24,000 nucleotides of DNA, taken from contig NZ_CP093302.1 of NCBI RefSeq assembly GCF_024362765.1, forward strand, positions 2,331,564-2,355,563. The letters run 5' to 3'. This DNA comes from Alkalihalobacillus sp. LMS6. GTDB taxonomy: Bacteria > Bacillota > Bacilli > Bacillales > Bacillaceae_D. The position numbers and the translations under genes are program-made. This document shows, piece after piece, positions 19,013-24,000 of this stretch; the stretch's first letter is position 1, and every line of letters starts with the position of its first letter. Under the pieces are notes generated by a model. The model saw nothing but the letters and a program-made list of their open reading frames with translations. It had not been told where the DNA came from and did not search any database.

Positions 19013-19032
19013 AAAGAGGGTTTCCCCTCTTT
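19013..19032 (-). terminator. GC-rich hairpin with GAAA tetraloop after the small ORF; possible terminator or 3' processing element upstream of accB
   Basis: Reverse strand reads AAAGAGGG-GAAA-CCCTCTTT overlapping the stop codon of the 19031 ORF. The downstream U tract is imperfect (CCTCTTTG). Confidence 0.5.
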
Positions 19033-19378
19033 ACTCAGCTGGTTCTGTTGGATTGTTTGCTTCACTTTTATATTGGCGAAATACTGGAAATTCGGAGAGG
19101 TTGTCCGGAATCTTTCCATTTTCAAGCACAATAATCTTGACGATATTTTTATTTCTTGCCATATGGAACTTATCGCCATATTCATTTTCTTGCGTATACT
19201 GTTTTAAATTTGCGTAGTCTTCTTCTTGAATAGACACTTTATAGGAGTCCCCATCTTCATCTTCCACTTCTTCTGCGAACCCTACTTCAAATTCTACAAT
19301 TTGTATGTGATCGTTTTTAATGTTTCTTGTTTGCTCAAGGACAGCCTTTGCCCCTTCAGTTAAATCGGACCAATCCAT
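19031..19378 (-). CDS. Small acidic hypothetical protein (115 aa)
   Basis: MDWSDLTEGAKAVLEQTRNIKNDHIQIVEFEVGFAEEVEDEDGDSYKVSIQ... ATG 19378 preceded by AAGGAGA and an extended -10 promoter. The track start at 19474 would run through the upstream terminator. Confidence 0.75.
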   Translation of the reverse strand: MDWSDLTEGAKAVLEQTRNIKNDHIQIVEFEVGFAEEVEDEDGDSYKVSIQEEDYANLKQYTQENEYGDKFHMARNKNIVKIIVLENGKIPDNLSEFPVFRQYKSEANNPTEPAE

Positions 19379-19412
19379 TACAATCTCTCCTTGTTTCATT
19401 CTACATTGCTGT

Positions 19413-19421
19413 ATTATACCA
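19413..19421 (-). promoter_or_regulatory. Extended -10 sigma-A promoter for the small ORF
   Basis: Reverse strand reads TGGTATAAT, about 35 nt upstream of ATG 19378 and downstream of the spoIIIA terminator. Confidence 0.55.
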
Positions 19422-19452
19422 TGTGTGAAGAGTGATTGCATGCTCAATCTAA

Positions 19453-19482
19453 AAGAGAGCTTGAATTGCTTCAAGCTCTCTT
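19453..19482 (-). terminator. Terminator of the spoIIIA operon
   Basis: Perfect 13-bp arms AAGAGAGCTTGAA / TTCAAGCTCTCTT with a 4-nt loop, then TTTTAG, immediately after the spoIIIAH stop. Confidence 0.88.
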
Positions 19483-19486
19483 CCCT

Positions 19487-20041
19487 TTATTCTCCATGTT
19501 TGACTAATACTTGATCTTGTTCAGTTAAACTTAGTTCTTCACGAGCTAAAGACATAATGGTAAGAGCTTCCGTTTTGGAAAGAGCATCGGCTTGCACCAT
19601 AATTTCTACTTTATCATCCGCTGTCATAACAAGCGCATCTGAATAGCCAATTTCTTTAATTAATTCTTCAAGCTGTTCTTCCACATCTGTAAATGCTAGA
19701 ACGTCAAGCGCACGATCGTTTGCTTCCACTACTTCATCTGCTGAACTTTCTTCACTCGACGCTTCACGAGAAAATTGTTCTGCTTCTTTTAAACGCACTT
19801 CATCACGCTTTAAACGCGCTTCAGTCATTGTATCGCTACCAGACACTTGGCTAAGAAGATCATCATTCGTTTCGTCTTCCCCTTCTTCATCACCAAGTTC
19901 ATCAACGATTTGACGGGCTTCATCCATCATCGATCCAGAGCTTGCTTGATCATCTGAATCATTTATGACGTAATAAGCACCTAGTACAAGCATTAAACTT
20001 AACATTGTTAGCAACCAGACTGTTTGTTTTTTTAAGACCAT
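19487..20041 (-). CDS. spoIIIAH: Stage III sporulation protein AH
   Basis: MVLKKQTVWLLTMLSLMLVLGAYYVIND...ALVMTADDKVEIMVQADALSKTEALTIMSLA. ATG 20041 after GAGGAA, last gene of the spoIIIA operon. Confidence 0.94.
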   Translation of the reverse strand: MVLKKQTVWLLTMLSLMLVLGAYYVINDSDDQASSGSMMDEARQIVDELGDEEGEDETNDDLLSQVSGSDTMTEARLKRDEVRLKEAEQFSREASSEESSADEVVEANDRALDVLAFTDVEEQLEELIKEIGYSDALVMTADDKVEIMVQADALSKTEALTIMSLAREELSLTEQDQVLVKHGE

Positions 20042-20045
20042 TTCT

Positions 20046-20690
20046 TTATTCCTCCTCGATTTTTCTTGGTAATACGGAGACACGATGTGGCGCAACGTCT
20101 AGTAAGCGTGTGACGGCTTCAATAACAAACGCTTTCACTTGAACATTCTCCACGCCTTCAGCTACAACAAGTACGCCTGCGACTGTCGGTTTTTCCGTAG
20201 AACTTATGAGCGCTTCTTCTTTATCTCCGTTTCGGATAATCACAACGGATTCTTCTTCCTGTACATCTTCTACTTGACGAGTACCGCCTTCTCGATCCGT
20301 TTCTGAAGTTGTTTGTTTTCCTGATCGAACGTTGGTCTCGTACACATTTCTTTCTGAATCAGCAAGATTCACATTAACCGAAACAGCGTTTACGCCAACA
20401 ATTTCAGCTAATAAATCCCTTAACTCGTTTTCATAACGCATCTCATAATCTTCCATTGAGTTTTTTTCTGATTCCCTTGCAAACGTTGGTACTGCTTCTT
20501 CGTCCTCTTCAGGTGCAACAGTTGGAATGTCACCTGAATCTGGTTGATACAGTTGACCGAAAAGCATGAACAGGACGCCTATGCCGCCTAAGAGTAAAAT
20601 ATACCTGGGCGAAATTTTGCGTTTTTTTTTATCGGGCTGTTTCGGCAACCATTTCTTAAACCAATCTGTATCTTTCGCTTCGTTATTCAT
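20046..20690 (-). CDS. spoIIIAG: Stage III sporulation protein AG
   Basis: TM segment YILLLGGIGVLFMLFGQL, then MRYENELRDLLAEIVGVNAVSVNVNLADSERNVYETN...RPTVAGVLVVAEG-type TVAGVLVVAEGVENVQVKAFVIEAVTRLLDV...HRVSVLPRK. Confidence 0.95.
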   Translation of the reverse strand: MNNEAKDTDWFKKWLPKQPDKKKRKISPRYILLLGGIGVLFMLFGQLYQPDSGDIPTVAPEEDEEAVPTFARESEKNSMEDYEMRYENELRDLLAEIVGVNAVSVNVNLADSERNVYETNVRSGKQTTSETDREGGTRQVEDVQEEESVVIIRNGDKEEALISSTEKPTVAGVLVVAEGVENVQVKAFVIEAVTRLLDVAPHRVSVLPRKIEEE

Positions 20691-21303
20691 TCACCCATCC
20701 CCCTTCCTCTCTAAGCGTAATGACTGAACTCGGCACTTCCCAAATGGTTGCTAACATGGAGATTACGTCCTCATCTTCATAAGACCGTGCTTCTTCCTCA
20801 GGTTCCGTCTCCCCAATAACAATGGAAACTGGTTTAACATCCCCTGATTGCGCTGTGCTTGTACCCTCGCCTTCTTGATAAGGGGCGATGGCCACTTCGA
20901 TATGCGTGAATTCCCCATCGTTACCTTGCACCAGAGAAAGGTCCGTGACCATGACATCTAGTTCATCTTTCAAGTCTTTACTTGCTTGGTCTTTTAATTG
21001 GACAGCCACTTGTTCAGATGTATATGCATCAAAGAACTTTTCTATATCTTTTTTTTGAGAATTTATTTCTTCCTCCATATCCATTTCCGCTCTTAAGTCT
21101 TGTTGAATAACGGTATGTAGCCATTCATCAGGGTCTTCATAAAAAATTTTTAACACAGGTTGCAGTAAGAAAAGGAGCAACAACAGGCTGACCGTTATTT
21201 TTACGTAATTTTTTAAGTTGGTGTTCGGTAAAGCCATTTCTAAGACAACCGCTAAAATGATCAGAATGACAATCGACGTGATCCACTCATTAATAAAGTC
21301 CAT
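20683..21303 (-). CDS. spoIIIAF: Stage III sporulation protein AF
   Basis: MDFINEWITSIVILIILAVVLEMALPNTNLKNYVKITVSLLLLLFLLQPV...; operon position between AE and AG. Confidence 0.94.
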   Translation of the reverse strand: MDFINEWITSIVILIILAVVLEMALPNTNLKNYVKITVSLLLLLFLLQPVLKIFYEDPDEWLHTVIQQDLRAEMDMEEEINSQKKDIEKFFDAYTSEQVAVQLKDQASKDLKDELDVMVTDLSLVQGNDGEFTHIEVAIAPYQEGEGTSTAQSGDVKPVSIVIGETEPEEEARSYEDEDVISMLATIWEVPSSVITLREEGGWVNE

Positions 21304-21315
21304 GTCATCACTCCC

Positions 21316-22503
21316 TTACCGCATCATAAATGCAATATTACTCGCCGCAACCATAATCGTAATCGCTAGAAAAAACATAAACCCAATTAATACCATTGCT
21401 GCAAAGATATACATGACCGCTTTGCCAATAATAGATAAACACTCAATAATGGCTCCATTTCCTAATGGTTGTAAAACCGCTGCCGATAGTTGAAAAATCA
21501 AGGCGATCGACAGAACTTTAATTGCAGGGAATGCACAAATTGCGAGCAACATCACTAAGCCGCCCATGCCAATCGTATTTTTCAGTAATAATGAAGCACT
21601 CATGACCGTGTCTGTCGCATCTGTGAACATCCGTCCAACTACAGGGATAAAGTTACCTGCTATAAATTTAGCGGCTCTAAGCGTCAACCCGTCTGCTGCT
21701 GCAGCCGTCGTCCCTTGAACGGAAACTGCTCCAAGAAAAACGGTCATAAAGACGCCAAGTAAACCTAAAGCAACGGTTCGAAATAAAGTCGCTAATTTTG
21801 TCACTTTATAATCGTCTGAAAAGGTGCTGACAATCCCAAGCACAGCTGATATAAACAACATCGGCAACACAAACGTTTTAACTAGAATGCCGCTCGTATG
21901 CACGAGAAAAATGATGACAGGATGAAACAGCGCCGAACTCGATAGCCCGCCTAATGAAGCCATTAGCGCAATTAACATCGGTAAGAGGGCTATGGAGAAA
22001 TGGACCATTGTATCAATCGCTTCTATGGCATAGGTCATGGCACTATGAAACCCGTTCATAGCGATCATGCATAACACGAGTAAGGTGACAGCATATGCGG
22101 TTTTGCTAACAGTATGTTGTTCAAAAGCATTTTGAAACGACTGCAGGATATAAGAAAAAATCGTCAACAGTAAAATCATTCCGAGTAATTTCCCGTTCAA
22201 AATAAGCTCATGCAGCAAATACTTCAAAAAACCGATAAACCATTCTTTTAAATCAAACGTCTTTTCACCAGTTAAAAAATCAGTGAAAGAACCTTTTTGA
22301 CTTTCAGGTAAAAAACCACCGTACTCATCAACAATTTGATTCCAGTACGCTTGCACTTCATCCATTTTTAATAAGTCGATTTGTTCCTCAACAAGTTCAT
22401 TGATCGCCTCGTTCGGGTCTTCTTCAGCGGCGAATGCTGTCTGCTGAAAAACAGGAAAAAAAAGCATAAGAATGACAATGATAAAAGCGGCTTTGATTTT
22501 CAA
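21316..22503 (-). CDS. spoIIIAE: Stage III sporulation protein AE
   Basis: Signal peptide, GKLLGMILLLTIFSYILQSFQNAFE..., about 395 aa multi-pass. TTG start at 22503 after GGAGG. Confidence 0.95.
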   Translation of the reverse strand: MKIKAAFIIVILMLFFPVFQQTAFAAEEDPNEAINELVEEQIDLLKMDEVQAYWNQIVDEYGGFLPESQKGSFTDFLTGEKTFDLKEWFIGFLKYLLHELILNGKLLGMILLLTIFSYILQSFQNAFEQHTVSKTAYAVTLLVLCMIAMNGFHSAMTYAIEAIDTMVHFSIALLPMLIALMASLGGLSSSALFHPVIIFLVHTSGILVKTFVLPMLFISAVLGIVSTFSDDYKVTKLATLFRTVALGLLGVFMTVFLGAVSVQGTTAAAADGLTLRAAKFIAGNFIPVVGRMFTDATDTVMSASLLLKNTIGMGGLVMLLAICAFPAIKVLSIALIFQLSAAVLQPLGNGAIIECLSIIGKAVMYIFAAMVLIGFMFFLAITIMVAASNIAFMMR

Positions 22504-22518
22504 TTATGCTTGTCCTCC

Positions 22519-22908
22519 TTACGACGGGAGTAGAGCGAGTATCATCTCAATCACTGCTTTAATGATTGGAATCGCGAGAACGAGTATAAAAATCTTTCCA
22601 GCTAATTCAATTTTGCTCGCTATCGCTGCATGACCAGCATCCCGTGAAATTTGCGCACCAAATTCTGCAATATAGGCAATTCCAATGATTTTTAAAATTG
22701 TTTGCAAGTAAACTGTATGAATATTTGCTTGTGCGGCCAAGTCTTGAATAAGCTGAATCACACTCGCAATTTCATCTAGTAAAAATAAAAAGATGAGCGC
22801 GCCTACAAACATCGTTAACAGAAACGCAAAAACAGGCTTCTGTTCTTTCACAATTAAAGCTAAGAACGTGGCGATAAGACCTAAACCGACAATCTGTACG
22901 ATTTCAAT
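22519..22908 (-). CDS. spoIIIAD: Stage III sporulation protein AD, apparent ATT start
   Basis: In-frame reading upstream of the track start gives (M/I)EIVQIVGLGLIATFLALIVKEQKPVFAFLL...IGIAYIAEFGAQISRDAGHAAIASKIELAGKIFILVLAIPI. GGAGGGG SD is 7-9 nt before ATT at 22908. The track start (GTG 22851) would remove the first TM helix. Confidence 0.85.
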   Translation of the reverse strand: MEIVQIVGLGLIATFLALIVKEQKPVFAFLLTMFVGALIFLFLLDEIASVIQLIQDLAAQANIHTVYLQTILKIIGIAYIAEFGAQISRDAGHAAIASKIELAGKIFILVLAIPIIKAVIEMILALLPS

Positions 22909-22929
22909 CGCTGATCCCCTCCGCTCTTC

Positions 22930-23136
22930 TTAAGCTTGAAATAAAAACACGCTTCTAATTTTTTGAAATAAATCATCGACAATCGTCGCCACCATATAAA
23001 GGACGACAACGAATCCAATTAACGTCACCCAGTGAGCCCAGTCTTCTTTTCCCATTTGTTTAAGTACTGTATGGAGCATGGCGACAATAATGCCAATTCC
23101 AGCTATTTGAAAGATTGTATTTACATCGTAGGCCAC
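22930..23136 (-). CDS. spoIIIAC: Stage III sporulation protein AC
   Basis: MAYDVNTIFQIAGIGIIVAMLHTVLKQMGKEDWAHWVTLIGFVVVLYMV, 68 aa. GTG start 23136 after AAAGGAGG. Confidence 0.95.
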   Translation of the reverse strand: MAYDVNTIFQIAGIGIIVAMLHTVLKQMGKEDWAHWVTLIGFVVVLYMVATIVDDLFQKIRSVFLFQA

Positions 23137-23165
23137 GTCACTGTTCCTCCTTTAGTCCATCTCCA

Positions 23166-23678
23166 CTACATCATGAGAATGACGATTAACAAACCAGCTA
23201 AAACGCCTAATGCTTTATACATTTTCTCGTAACGCGCTTGGATGCTTTTCGCCTCTTCTTCATCTCTTTCTAAATGTGTCTGCGTAAGTTTTAACTGTTT
23301 TTGTTGATGAACCCTGTCCATCGTTCCAAGAGTCGCACCGAATTGTAGCAAGACCTCTTTTTCTTTTTCTTGTAAAGAAAGATCTTTCCACGTATCATGA
23401 ATCGCTGTTTCCCATGCATCTTTTGCTGTCGCTTTCTTTTCCGCTAAACGGCGAGAAAACGTTGCAAATAAAGCGGCAACTGGACCTTTTAATTGCTCAG
23501 CAATATTTTGTGAAGCTTTTGCCAAAGGCGTCTGCCCGTACAACATCTCCGCTTCAAGAGACTGGAGTGCAGACCGTAGCTGGCGAATATGGCGCGGTCG
23601 CTCTTGTAATAAACGAGCTTGATAAAACCCGTATATAGTCGTACAACCGATAATTAAAAGTGCACCTAGCCATCTCAT
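23166..23678 (-). CDS. spoIIIAB: Stage III sporulation protein AB
   Basis: MRWLGALLIIGCTTIYGFYQARLLQERPRHIRQLRSALQSLEAEMLYGQTPL. ATGA overlap with the spoIIIAA stop. Confidence 0.95.
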   Translation of the reverse strand: MRWLGALLIIGCTTIYGFYQARLLQERPRHIRQLRSALQSLEAEMLYGQTPLAKASQNIAEQLKGPVAALFATFSRRLAEKKATAKDAWETAIHDTWKDLSLQEKEKEVLLQFGATLGTMDRVHQQKQLKLTQTHLERDEEEAKSIQARYEKMYKALGVLAGLLIVILMM

Positions 23679-24000
23679 GATGGCTTAACCAATGTTGGTA
23701 TTCGAATTTTATTAATCGCACCTGGATAGGGCGTGCGCCCGACTTCAACCACTCGATCAAACGCTTGTTCATTTAGAAGTTGTTTAAAAATTGGACGCTT
23801 ATAGACTTCTTCAAATGAACGACCATGTGCAGTCGCCATTAAAACGACTCCTGCATGCCTTGCCTCTAGAATGGCATATGCATCTTCTTCTCGACCTACT
23901 TCATCCACAATCATGACTTGCGGCGACATTGATCGAATCATCATCATCATGCCTTCTGCTTTTGGACAGCCATCTAATACGTCTGCCCTTGTTCCTAATT
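23675..24000 (-). CDS. spoIIIAA: Stage III sporulation protein AA (ATPase), 5' end outside window
   Basis: The open frame reaches the window edge: LGTRADVLDGCPKAEGMMMMIRSMSPQVMIVDEVGREEDAYAILEARHAGVVLMATAHG. The track start at 23950 is an internal Met. Confidence 0.95.
   Translation of the reverse strand, partial: LGTRADVLDGCPKAEGMMMMIRSMSPQVMIVDEVGREEDAYAILEARHAGVVLMATAHGRSFEEVYKRPIFKQLLNEQAFDRVVEVGRTPYPGAINKIRIPTLVKPS

Noticed and set aside
19379-19474. N-terminal extension MKQFKLSFRLSMQSLFTHGIIQQCRMKQGEIV of the small ORF
   Set aside because: It overlaps the spoIIIA terminator and the TGGTATAAT promoter. The internal ATG 19378 has the good SD.
22519-22851. spoIIIAD as a 110-aa truncated gene or pseudogene (track start)
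   Set aside because: The frame is open upstream with the conserved N-terminal EIVQIVGLGLIATFL sequence, giving about 129 aa. Only the start codon is unusual, so I treat the gene as intact.
1-24000. Mobile element, CRISPR, toxin-antitoxin, defence or biosynthetic island
   Set aside because: No transposase or integrase, tRNA, terminal inverted repeats or spaced direct repeats were seen. Nearly all DNA is accounted for by syntenic core genes, with short intergenic regions explained by terminators and promoters.

Overview
This 24 kb window is a conserved Bacillus-type core chromosome segment. Almost every gene is on the minus strand; the exception is a small DUF2627 gene. In transcription order (right to left) I read: spoIIIAA (partial) through spoIIIAH, a small acidic unknown ORF, accB, accC, an Asp23/YqhY family gene, nusB, xseA, xseB, ispA, dxs, tlyA/yqxC, argR/ahrC, recN, spoIVB, spo0A, an orphan multi-pass membrane protein, bkdR (a sigma-54 activator), bcd (leucine dehydrogenase) and lpdV (partial). 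I found no mobile element, CRISPR array, RNA gene, defence locus or clearly novel multigene system. The observations worth a second look are: spoIIIAD has no ATG/GTG/TTG start and appears to start at ATT, in the same frame as the preceding spoIIIAC stop; folD is missing between nusB and xseA; ptb and buk are missing from the bkd cluster; there is a clear -24/-12 promoter with upstream palindromes between bkdR and bcd; BkdR carries a GAFSGA loop; and there are two uncharacterised genes (19031..19378 and 5045..5797). Several strong terminators and putative sporulation regulatory sites (0A box, sigma-F/G-like promoter) are also visible. All assignments come from reading the sequence and recalling family motifs. 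No database search was run.
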